From the NCBI GenBank assembly GCA_022813965.1, contig JALDZS010000102.1, positions 1-64,000 of the forward strand: DNA of 64,000 nt, in the 5' to 3' direction. Shown piece after piece: positions 1 through 9,500 of the stretch. The stretch comes from Toensbergia leucococca (lineage: Eukaryota). The translations under genes were made by a program, and so were the position numbers. Position 1 is the stretch's first letter. Each line of letters opens with the position of its first letter. The notes beneath the pieces are model-generated. The model was given only the letters and a program-made list of their open reading frames with translations, was not told the DNA's origin and ran no database searches.

Positions 1-265
1 GGGGGAGTTTGTTGGAGTTTGAAAGCTAGATTAGGTACGAGATGAGTTATGGAAAATTTGTAAAATGAGATTTTTTGATATCTGTATTGTTTTTTCTATT
101 TTGTTTTTTTTTGGAAAGGGGGGCGGGGGGAGGAGTTTTGGGCGTTGACGTTTTGAGTTTTTTTTTTTCTTCTTTTTTCTCTTTTTTGCAAGGAGGGGGG
201 TTTTGCTTTTGTATATACTGTTGAGGTTTTTTTTACGTTTTTTGTTTGTTTTTTGTTGTTTTTGA

Positions 266-295
266 TGAGTTGAGTTGAGTTGAGTTGAGTTGAGT
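266..295. repeat. (TGAGT)6 pentanucleotide microsatellite in a low-complexity G/T-rich stretch
   Basis: Six perfect TGAGT units read directly at 266-295. The surrounding 1-500 region is dominated by G, T and A homopolymer runs. Confidence 0.9.
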
Positions 296-790
296 GAGAA
301 AGCGGTGGTGTTTATCTTGAGTGAGGAGGGGGAGAGTTTTGATTTTGGGGAGCAAGGGGGGACTGAGGGGGGGGGGGAGAAGAAAAAAAAAAGGAGGGGA
401 GGGAAGGGGGGACGGGAGGAGGATGAATAGGGGGTGAGGGGAGAGGGGGGTGATGGAGGGTTTTTTGACGACTGTGAGGTGACTGTGACTGAGTTAAGTA
501 CATAAATCAAGAAAGACTTAGGTCAAAATCCGAAGCCGAGTGAATAGAGGGTGAAAAGGATTGACGTGCTTTGATTAAAAGTCAAGCTCTCTTTACCATA
601 AAATGAGAGGTTAGAATCATTTCTTTTAGGGGTAGTAGTAGTGTCATGTGAGCTGGGCCTATGGTCATGCCAGATAGACTCATTTTGGTACCTTGGGGAC
701 GCCGGAAGTTCTTGTCCTCGTTTCTGGCGGTGGGCAGATTGTGTCTTGGGAGACGGGAAGAGGCAGGAAATTTTTCAATTGAAAACACTG

Positions 791-860
791 ATGGTGATGA
801 AGTCATTTTCTTTCTTAGGGACTTACTCCCAGCGACCGTAGGTCGCTATGCAGACTTGAC
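791..860 (-). mobile_element. Ultra-short non-LTR retroposon-like insertion, copy 1 (stem-loop plus CAT-type tail, 11-bp TSD)
   Basis: Flanked by the direct repeat TGAAAACACTG at 780-790 and 861-871. The 30-nt core at 827-856 is identical to 57239-57268 and contains the hairpin AGCGACC-GTA-GGTCGCT. The minus-strand 3' end reads ...AAATGACTTCATCACCAT. Confidence 0.75.
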
Positions 861-1101
861 TGAAAACACTGCAATCAGGAAATTGGAAAAAGGCATGAGT
901 TATGGATTCTTGCAAGATTTCTAAAATTTTTGCTTCGTGGCTAGTTTTGAATCTAGAGAATGAAGTAAAAAGGCTAAACTATTGGGTATGGGTGTGTTGG
1001 GTCACTATTTACGTGAGTAGGTAGATGTTTTAGACAAATACCAAGCTATGCAGATGGCCAGGAACGCAAAGCAATTTTCTGCGACAAAAAGGGGTGCAGC
1101 T

Positions 1102-1187
1102 GTACCCTTCTTTGATCGAGAGATCTTGAGCTGTTCTCCTGCACGTACCCGCTTTGAATCGAAAGCTCTTCAGCTGTTCTCCTGCAT
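1102..1187. repeat. Two-copy 43-bp tandem repeat downstream of the 777-aa gene
   Basis: gtacccttctttgatcgagagatcttgagctgttctcctgcac (1102-1144) aligns with gtacccgctttgaatcgaaagctcttcagctgttctcctgcat (1145-1187). Confidence 0.8.
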
Positions 1188-1279
1188 TACGCGGATCAAG
1201 AACTGACTAAATCTCCCGTTGCAGCGACTTCGAACGGGAAAACCCAACCTCGACTAGGGAACAGACTGTGGAGAATCAG

Positions 1280-3613
1280 TCAGTTTCGCGGTCCCTCCAT
1301 CTGCAGCTGCTCCACCCAAAAGCTGGTCCACGTGCCAGGTGACACTACGTGACGGGAGAAGAGTTGGCCGTCCGCCGTCATGGCCACCAACTCATTACGT
1401 AAAATCATCTTCATTTCCGCCCTCTTGATCCCATCCATGCCGTGGCATTGCAAGTCCCTTGTGCTTTCCTCCAGCCAGCGATTGCCGGCAGCCTTGTTGG
1501 CCAATTCGAGGACGGAGAACACCCGGGAATTCCCGGTTTGAGGTTTCTCGGAGAAAGACTTCACATCATTGGCAGATGACGTGGTCTCACGAACTACCCA
1601 GACTGTTTTTGGGAAGCGGAATGCAGACAGAGGTACATCGTTAGTTTTTTGCGGAGGTACTATTGTCCTTGAGACGGTGGTTTGAAAGTTCCCGCTCGTC
1701 AGCTTCAGGAAATGGCTTTGCATGCCACATTCGTCTTGGTTGACTTCAATGCTGTAAGCCCCTGGACGAAGACCAGCCGCTTCAGATTCATTAGGTCGGA
1801 CCTTCTGGCAAGCAATATCGTTTGCTTCTTCAATATCATAAAACGGCCCAAAGTCAGATTCTCTGGCTTGTGCTTCATCTTCGTCGCAGCGCCACTCGCG
1901 GCGCTTGATGTGATATTTGTAAAGAACCTCCAGTTGTTCATCATCATCTTCTTCGGCTGCTTCATCCTCCATCCTCTCATCCTCGCTAGTGAGTTCCGTC
2001 TCCAGTCCTTCTCTGCCTTGTGCGTCGGCGTACATCCTCGCGAGCGTGGCTTCTGAGATCCCTTTCCCTCCCACGGTAGGCCTTCCAATGGTGGGTACGG
2101 TGAGGTCTACTTGAGTCCTGCTGTCGTCTTTGTCGATGTCAGGTACAATGGGGAGCACTTCATGCGTTCTATCATCATCTTCGTCCTCATCGCTGCTGGA
2201 ACTTGACTCGTTATCGAATAGAATGATAGATGAGTTTTCTTCTTCTTGCTTTATAGCTTCGGGATTCCCTCTGGAATTGAGTCTTCGGAGAGCGTCTCTT
2301 ACAGTCTCTTCTCTTCTCTCTAATGTGGCTCTGCGCTGGGCATTTCGCTTTTGAAGACGCTCATTACCTTTTTGTTGGATGGTCTGCGATGTCTCTCGAC
2401 TATGTGGTTGGCTCTCAAGCTTTTGAGCCTCCTTGCTTGCTCTCTTTCTCTCATCGAAACGTTTTTGGGACTGACGCTTAGCTTCGATACGCTCTGGAGT
2501 GGTCATTCGCTGCCTGCGTGAAGTTCTGACATGACTCGGTCCCGATCCTGACTGACTTTCAAGCTTTTGAGTCTCTTTTCTCAGTCTTTCTCTTTCGTCG
2601 CGACGTATTCGGGTCTGACGCTTAGCTTCAATAGATTCCGGAGTCGTCATTCGCTGCCAACGTGAAGGTCTGACATGACTCGGTCCCGAATCTTTCAGAG
2701 ACTTCTGAGAATCTCCTTTCATAGAATGAACGAATATTGTCCGAGATTTCTGTTCGTCTATTCGCTTGAGCGACTGCCGCAGATAAGATTCTGCATAACG
2801 TTCCTCCCTATCGTGAGATTCCTCTGACAGGGTCCGAATTGCAAGAGTGTCCTGAATTTCGTGCGCAGAATTTGGTGCAATTTGGACTTTACCCCCAGAG
2901 CTTTCAGATCGATCAAGGAACTTCGGTCCAACACCGTTACTCAGATTCCTAGCATCCCTCACATCCCTAGCATCTCTGTCATCCTTGAAATTATTGTCAA
3001 CGTTCTTCAACGAATCTGTGCTATTGTTTCCCTTGTCGTCACTGTCGAGTCGTCTTTCTGCCGCAGCGAAAGCTCTTCTCTTCTGTGACGCCTCGAGCCT
3101 TTCCTGCTCTCCAGCTTTCTGCTTTTCTTCAAATCTTTTAGCAATGACCAGGTGATCAGCAATCATATCATTTTCCGCCTTTTCATCTTCAAGTTTATGC
3201 TTCAACCGACGTCTCGCCTTATCCTGATCATGTTTGAACAAGGCGTTCCTGGGGATTTCCCTAATGGCCAGCGCGGAAGTGTGTCCCGTGTTTGGCGACG
3301 GTGATACCATGACTGCCATAGGAGCATTCCCACGAGCGTCGTCGGATTTGGGACTGTCTGTCATGTTCTTGAACATCCGAGAAGTTGGCGGCGGTACTGT
3401 GAATACCTTAGGAGCAACTCGATGTTCGTCGGCAGGCCCAAAATTATCTGCTACATTCTTGAGCACTGGTGGAACCCCACCTTCTGTATGGTCTGTCTCA
3501 GAGAGAGACTGAAACAGATTTTGAGGAGAGAATTCATTGTTAGGCTTCGGTGAAAACAAGCCAGGGTCAACATAGGCATCCTCCATATACGCTGCCTCTT
3601 GCACTGAATGCAT
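1280..3613 (-). CDS. Hypothetical protein, 777 aa: charged/coiled-coil and disordered N-terminal two-thirds, globular fungal-type C-terminal domain
   Basis: Uninterrupted 2.3-kb ORF. The C-terminus has two related motifs (FYDIEEANDIA, FSVLELANKAA). An internal 48-aa duplication is present. A GTGAGT donor near 3844 suggests an upstream 5' exon. Confidence 0.8.
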   Translation of the reverse strand: MHSVQEAAYMEDAYVDPGLFSPKPNNEFSPQNLFQSLSETDHTEGGVPPVLKNVADNFGPADEHRVAPKVFTVPPPTSRMFKNMTDSPKSDDARGNAPMAVMVSPSPNTGHTSALAIREIPRNALFKHDQDKARRRLKHKLEDEKAENDMIADHLVIAKRFEEKQKAGEQERLEASQKRRAFAAAERRLDSDDKGNNSTDSLKNVDNNFKDDRDARDVRDARNLSNGVGPKFLDRSESSGGKVQIAPNSAHEIQDTLAIRTLSEESHDREERYAESYLRQSLKRIDEQKSRTIFVHSMKGDSQKSLKDSGPSHVRPSRWQRMTTPESIEAKRQTRIRRDERERLRKETQKLESQSGSGPSHVRTSRRQRMTTPERIEAKRQSQKRFDERKRASKEAQKLESQPHSRETSQTIQQKGNERLQKRNAQRRATLERREETVRDALRRLNSRGNPEAIKQEEENSSIILFDNESSSSSDEDEDDDRTHEVLPIVPDIDKDDSRTQVDLTVPTIGRPTVGGKGISEATLARMYADAQGREGLETELTSEDERMEDEAAEEDDDEQLEVLYKYHIKRREWRCDEDEAQARESDFGPFYDIEEANDIACQKVRPNESEAAGLRPGAYSIEVNQDECGMQSHFLKLTSGNFQTTVSRTIVPPQKTNDVPLSAFRFPKTVWVVRETTSSANDVKSFSEKPQTGNSRVFSVLELANKAAGNRWLEESTRDLQCHGMDGIKRAEMKMILRNELVAMTADGQLFSRHVVSPGTWTSFWVEQLQMEGPRN

Positions 3614-4636
3614 TGGGGCTGAAGCTAAGGAAATATCGCTTGTATGATGAGTAGTTGTGATAGAGTGGTCATTACTATGAGCTTAAGTAGAAAGCGCTCT
3701 TTGCTGCGAAATGTCGGAACGCAGGGAGGTATGAAAGCTGGCCAGAAGAGTCCATGTCCAAGGACTGCATTCAAGTAAGTTGGCTGGCTATGTGGATCGG
3801 GTAGAAGCAAGTAGGCGATGTTGAGTACGATTAGGGAAACTCACCGCTTGCTGGCCCAATAGAGAAATCCAGGAAGTCCCGACCTGATGAGTTTTTCTAC
3901 AGGGCAATATCGAAGACGTTGATAGGGCTTGACCAAGGATGCACGACAATGTGAGACGGCCGCAAAGAATGCAAAGTGTGAGGGTATCTCTGCCTTAGTG
4001 AGCGTAAAGGTGAGAGTCGTTAAGGTAAGGTATGTAATGTGATGATTGCCTGGAGTGAATAGGACTTTGATAATGCCGAAATAGTCTTGCTACCAGTGAA
4101 GCACTAAAGCCTCTTAAGACGCCTCAATGCTGCACTCAGGGGCGAGCATCCGCGTAAGACGCGAATAATGTGGAGACAATCAGGACAAGTCGTAATGGCC
4201 ATTCCTCGAAGGATAGTGGAAAAGGACACCGTGGTGCCGAATTGAACGCCTTCAAAGCTCTTTTCTGGCATATCTAATTCTGTACCTAGCACGCATAGGT
4301 GTTCACAGTTAAGTTACCAACCAAAATACGTTACTGATGACCGCAGGTAATTGGATCTGAAGGACTAAGATTCGGTAGACGTCTATATACTACCCTTCCG
4401 CTATACTTATAAACCACATCATCAGGTAAGGACTCTAAGCACGGCATACAAGCCATTGCTGAAAACGCACCCCACGTTAGTGTCTAATCATGTCAGTGAG
4501 CATGCTCATGTTCCAACTTGGGCGAGAACTTACTATCAGGACATTGCCAGCGAAGCATCTCATGGTCCTGAGAGACATCTATGTTTCTCGAATCCCAAGC
4601 TCCACCCTATTTCAAGCCGCTTGATACTCACATGGC

Positions 4637-5959
4637 TTAGTTTCTTGGATCATGTTTCACCGGCCATCTGATCTCAATGGGAAGACTACCAACATGCGGC
4701 GAGCTAACTGGCAACATCTCATCGTTGCCGCCATCATCTTCGGATTCAATATCTTCGACCATGTCATCCTCTCCCTTGTCTTCCGCTTCTCCCAAGTCCA
4801 AGTCCTCGTCAAAGGTGAACAACGCATCATCAGCATCCACGTGCTCAAAATCATCCCCGCCAACGATTGGACCACCAGTCATTGGGGAGGGATTGGTAGG
4901 CTTAACTGATCGACGTGATGATGTAGAATTAGAAAGTCCGGCATCAAATGCACTCGGACGAGTCACATTCGAAGCGTCCAGCGTGGGTTTATCTACATTA
5001 TCTCCAGAATAAGACACAAAGTTTCCGGCCTTTATCTCACTACCTGCAACTTTATCTCTCGCGGGCATTTCCAGCAGACGAGGGAAAGTGTGAAGGTGCG
5101 ATGGACGCAATTTGGAAGGACGTTGAGCAATTGGCGAAGTACTCGGCGAGACAACGATGTCATCAATGGAGAATAAGACACGCTTCGGCAAGCGAGGTTG
5201 ACTCGGATCTCGGAGACTGCTGCGAAGGCTAGTAACGGAAGTATCAGAGCGGAACGATGATCTACGCTGATGTGGTGGTTTTGAATGAGGCAGACTTGTC
5301 GACAAAGGACGATTAGGGACCGAGGAGTGTGGGGAGAGGGCGAATGAGTTCTCCGAAGCATGCCGCAACAAGGTTTCGTCGCTCTCAACCTCTCCGTTGT
5401 CTGGCTTGAACGCCGACGATGATGACGTTTCACTGCTTGTAGGTAGTTTTGGTTGAACAATGGGATCAATAAGTGGAAGATAGTCTGGAGTGAAGAGACC
5501 TCGGAATTCTAATTCTCGCTCGTGCAGCGGTGTCCGTGCAAGAGAGTGGATTGAGCTTTTCTGGAAAGGAGATGTTGAAGGCTTGGTAAGGGCTAGCACA
5601 TGTGAGTCTCCGGCAGCATGACCATCTGGATTGGCAATTGAAACAGCATCTTCAGGCCTTTTGATTGTTAAGAAGCCTTGGTCTATGCCTCGGATTTCAG
5701 ACTGGTCATTAGTCCGGTCTCGGGTTCCGTCATGTACGTGTTGAAGACGGTCTTCCTGCCCATGTCCGCTCTCAACGGCACGGCGTAGATTATGCTCAAA
5801 AGTTTGGTATTCGTGGTCTTTCTTTGCTTTGAAGTCGTCAACCTCCTGATTAAGCAACTTTCTCCTTTTGTCCAATGCTTCGATAAGCTTGCTCGAGTCA
5901 GCATCAGAAGGCGAGCTGTGCGTATCCAAGGCAGATGTTTCCTGGGGAAAATCCACCAT
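4637..5959 (-). CDS. Hypothetical protein, 440 aa: N-terminal coiled coil, Ser/Pro-rich, with short linear motifs
   Basis: Single-exon ORF. Motif-like islands sit in a disordered background: ERELEFRGLFTPDYLPLID, RSSLR...KRVLF, LFTFDED and GSLPIEIRW. Confidence 0.8.
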   Translation of the reverse strand: MVDFPQETSALDTHSSPSDADSSKLIEALDKRRKLLNQEVDDFKAKKDHEYQTFEHNLRRAVESGHGQEDRLQHVHDGTRDRTNDQSEIRGIDQGFLTIKRPEDAVSIANPDGHAAGDSHVLALTKPSTSPFQKSSIHSLARTPLHERELEFRGLFTPDYLPLIDPIVQPKLPTSSETSSSSAFKPDNGEVESDETLLRHASENSFALSPHSSVPNRPLSTSLPHSKPPHQRRSSFRSDTSVTSLRSSLRDPSQPRLPKRVLFSIDDIVVSPSTSPIAQRPSKLRPSHLHTFPRLLEMPARDKVAGSEIKAGNFVSYSGDNVDKPTLDASNVTRPSAFDAGLSNSTSSRRSVKPTNPSPMTGGPIVGGDDFEHVDADDALFTFDEDLDLGEAEDKGEDDMVEDIESEDDGGNDEMLPVSSPHVGSLPIEIRWPVKHDPRN

Positions 5960-6564
5960 CTTGGAGGATCTCGGTTTCTTTATCGGTGGGATTCATCCAA
6001 GCTGGTGAAGCATTGAGAGGCTCGCAAAGGTCTTGGAATTGTGAGCTTGGGATAGGCCATGGAGGTTTATACATATATACATATAGTGGAGGGAACGAAA
6101 CGTAACGTAAGAGAGACTGGAAGACTGGTGTTTATAAGGAACCGCTGAAGAGGCTCTAGTCCGGTGACGGTGTCATGGCGTTGGCTGTCAGATGCGATGG
6201 TCCGGCGCATGTAGGCTCTATGTACTCCGTACTCTATGCCTACCTAGGTCATTCTCGGAACAGCGCGGGGATGTCCAAGTCTAAGTCCAAGTCTAAGCCT
6301 AAGGTAAGGTAGGAGGGTAGGTAGGTACCTTGATAAATATCTCCGCATCTTGCTAGTACTCTTCTATTTTATGATAAGGTAGAATACTAAGATACTAAGA
6401 TTATAGTACTCTGAATGAATCTGTATTCTGACTATTCAATGCTCCTGCAATAAACCTAAGGTACTTTTGTTCCTATTTAAACATGTCTATCTACAGTCTT
6501 GGCACTCTGCTACTGCCACGCGGCGCATTGCAAATCCAGTCAGACATACCGTATAAGCATGCAA

Positions 6565-9500
6565 TTAATCCATCTTAAACATGTCTTCTCCGTCCGTAAC
6601 GTGAACCTCTGCCACTGTCTCATCATCATCCTCCTCCTGCATCGCCACCGGTGTGACATCCCTTCGCGGAGGCGTCCCAAAAACCCCATGCGTCGTACCC
6701 TCGTCTTCCGCGAAATCCGTAAGAAGTCGGGGACTCCCACTGAAAGAACTCGCCGCTCGATTACTGGCACCATCGAACAAGTCCTCCTCATCCCCCTGAT
6801 CACTGCCTGGGGGTGCAGCTGTCATCTGCGTCATCCCTTGCATCTCTTCATCCACCCTATCTAAGCTATCAAAGCTCCACACTGGAGCTGGATATGGCGA
6901 CGTTGAGAAATGCCCTTCCAAGCTAGGAATCCCCTCATCCTCGTCTAACTCCATACTTTCTAGTGTCACTTGCTGCGGGCTCAAATGCGTCTCACCCTCG
7001 CGCACACCTGCAGAGTATGTCGGCGGACGATCGTTGATATCAGTCATGCTCCTCATCTGCGTCATCTCGTTTGCCGAGCCACCACCTCCCGCTTGGTGAG
7101 CTGCTCCGACTCCTCGTAAAGCGCTCGACGAACCATTGCGGGAGGAGTCGCCGAGACGCTTGCCTTCCCCCGACGGCGATGTTGCTCGTGAGGGAGGTTG
7201 AGATTCGGAGTCTGGGTTGTTGACTGTATTGATGATCTGCTCAAAGAACGGTCCACCTAAAGCCTGGGGAGCCCGGCGGCGATAGAAAAGGAGATAAGCT
7301 GCAGATGTTACCACCGCTTGGGGGTTCTGGCGGCGTGAGACCGACGAGTCTGTGTTTTGGTAAGCAGTGCTTCCAGAGATCCACAAAAGTTCCATTACTT
7401 ACCGTTATATTCGTACCAATTCTTGTCGAAGAAGTTTTGAGCAAAGGCCGTGTAATGACCACCACCAAGCCCACCATAGTGATTGTCTACTGCAAAGAGA
7501 TCGTATATTGGGCTTTTACCAGTCTCCTGCATTGCCACGCGTGAGCCAAGATCTAGCCCTTCTACGGGGAAGTCGACCAGCACGTCCAGTTTGTCTCTTA
7601 GCCGGCCTTGGGCGCTGAATCTTTTCAGGTGGATGACCAGGATATCTGGTGATTTCCATAATTCGAAAGTTTTACTGGCTCGGCGATGCTCCTTACATCG
7701 AGGACAGTACCAAGCGTCATTTTCCGAAAGTATTTCAGCCTTGCCAAATTCATCCAGGCAATCTCCTAAGCTGACGCCATGCTTTTTACGATTCATGCGA
7801 AGATGCCGTTTCTTGTCAAGCTCTTGGTCATGCATTGTTGGAATACGTTCCCACGTAGCTGCGCCCCGCATGCCGTTGTCTTCACTTGACTCGCTGCCAT
7901 AGAAGAGTGATTCGCGAGCGTCGCCGTTCCAGTCAAGGACGATAGCTTCGCCAAGACGGATCAAGGGCCCACTGTCCGTCTCTGAGCCATGCTCAGTCTC
8001 TTCGCGATTCGGAGTCAAGGTCCTGTGTTTGCCTTTCCGGGAGTACGTGATTAGCCCATTCCTATTGCGAGGCGTAGTCCTATTAAACCTACTGAATCCT
8101 CCATTCCCGGGGTTCATCAGCTTTTCAACGACAGGCAGACCATCGGACTCGCTATCAGAGCCATGGTCAAGGGGTGGCACATGACTGGCTGGTGGTGGCA
8201 CGTTGTCAACATCCTCGTCGCTGGAGCTTGGGCTGCCAAGCCTCTGAAAACGTCGACTCAGTGCGGTATTGGATGTTCTTTTACGTTCAACAGTCGGCTC
8301 CGGTTGTCTCGAGGTAATAGTGGGATAGTCTTTATTTTCATCTTGCAGGGTTGCCCAGCCTGTAGGTATCATCTCGGTCCCCGAAGAGAAATATTTCATC
8401 TGAAAAAGATTTCGAACCTCTGGGGCGATGAAGCTTCCAGGACGAAGCATATGCGGCAGATGCTTGGATTTCGGACCTACCGGAGGACTTGGCATAGAAG
8501 GAGCTGCTTGAGATTCCTCAGCAACATTCCGCATCGATATGTCCACCATACCATCCTCACTCTCCAAAGATTTCGACTGGAGCTTCGAATCCGAAGACGA
8601 GTCGCCGTCGTCGGTACTCATGAAGACAGTGTCGGAATCCTCCTGTCCTGATCCCGAATCCGAAGCGTTCTCGTCAATCAAGAAATGTTTGGTCGTCATT
8701 GTGTCAATCCTGGCTAGAACCTTACGCAGGATTGCATCAAAATCTTTTGCCTCGTCACGGCTGACAATGATGTACGTAGGCACCCCAAACAACACCCGTT
8801 GCTGAAGCCTCGATGAGCCATCCTTGACAAAGCGATTGAAAATTGGGACCAACATCTTCTCGGCAAGTGGTGAGTCGCCCTCTGGTACGTCCTCGTCCTC
8901 ATCAGAATTGTGGCTGTATAGCATGGACCTTATTTTCTGCACCTTCTTCTTTGGCGGTGGGTAATTTGATGGAATATCTTCAAGTTCAAAAATGCCGATG
9001 TCGTCACCGTCAGCGATTCTCTCTTCACCAATAGACGCCTTATCGGTGAACATCTTATAGAATCTGTGCTTGTAGATCTCGGCAATTATAAGTTTCTTGG
9101 CTTCAATGCCGACCTTGTGAGCCACATACTCTTTAAGAGCCATGAAGCTAGCATTCTTGTCAATATCAACGTTGATCCGATAAGGTCGCGTACGTAGCGG
9201 GAAAAAGTATAGCGACTTGGACCATACGTTCTCGATAGGTAGTTGGAGGGTAAGGTTGTTGAAGGGGTCAAAGATAATGCTGACCTTATCACAGACAGGG
9301 CAGACCACAGTGGACTTATACATGCCAGCAAAGAGATCTGTGATGACAGAATCATTTCGAGCTTTGTAAATGTGCCAACACTTATTGGCCATCTCGCGCA
9401 GTGCGACAGGATTGTGTACCATCTCGTCAGTAGAATCGGGTTTTTCTATGTAAGGTTTCTTGTGTATACGATTTAGGTCTTCTTGTAGACCGTCAAGTAG

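Noticed and set aside
31..510. 159-aa Pro/Lys/Phe-rich ORF
   Set aside because: It is a translation of homopolymer runs and a microsatellite, more likely the UTR or promoter of a gene outside the window.
810..826. GTAAGT-CCCTAA-GAAAG segment in copy 1 that looks like a micro-intron absent from copy 2
   Set aside because: 17 nt is far below the workable fungal intron size, and copy 2 has CAGG rather than a clean excision.
794..863. C/D box snoRNA reading of the mini-element (GTGATGA ... CTGA)
   Set aside because: The apparent C box is the antisense of the CAT tail and the D box overlaps the TSD. Copy 2 lacks CTGA, and TSDs plus an empty site favour an insertion.
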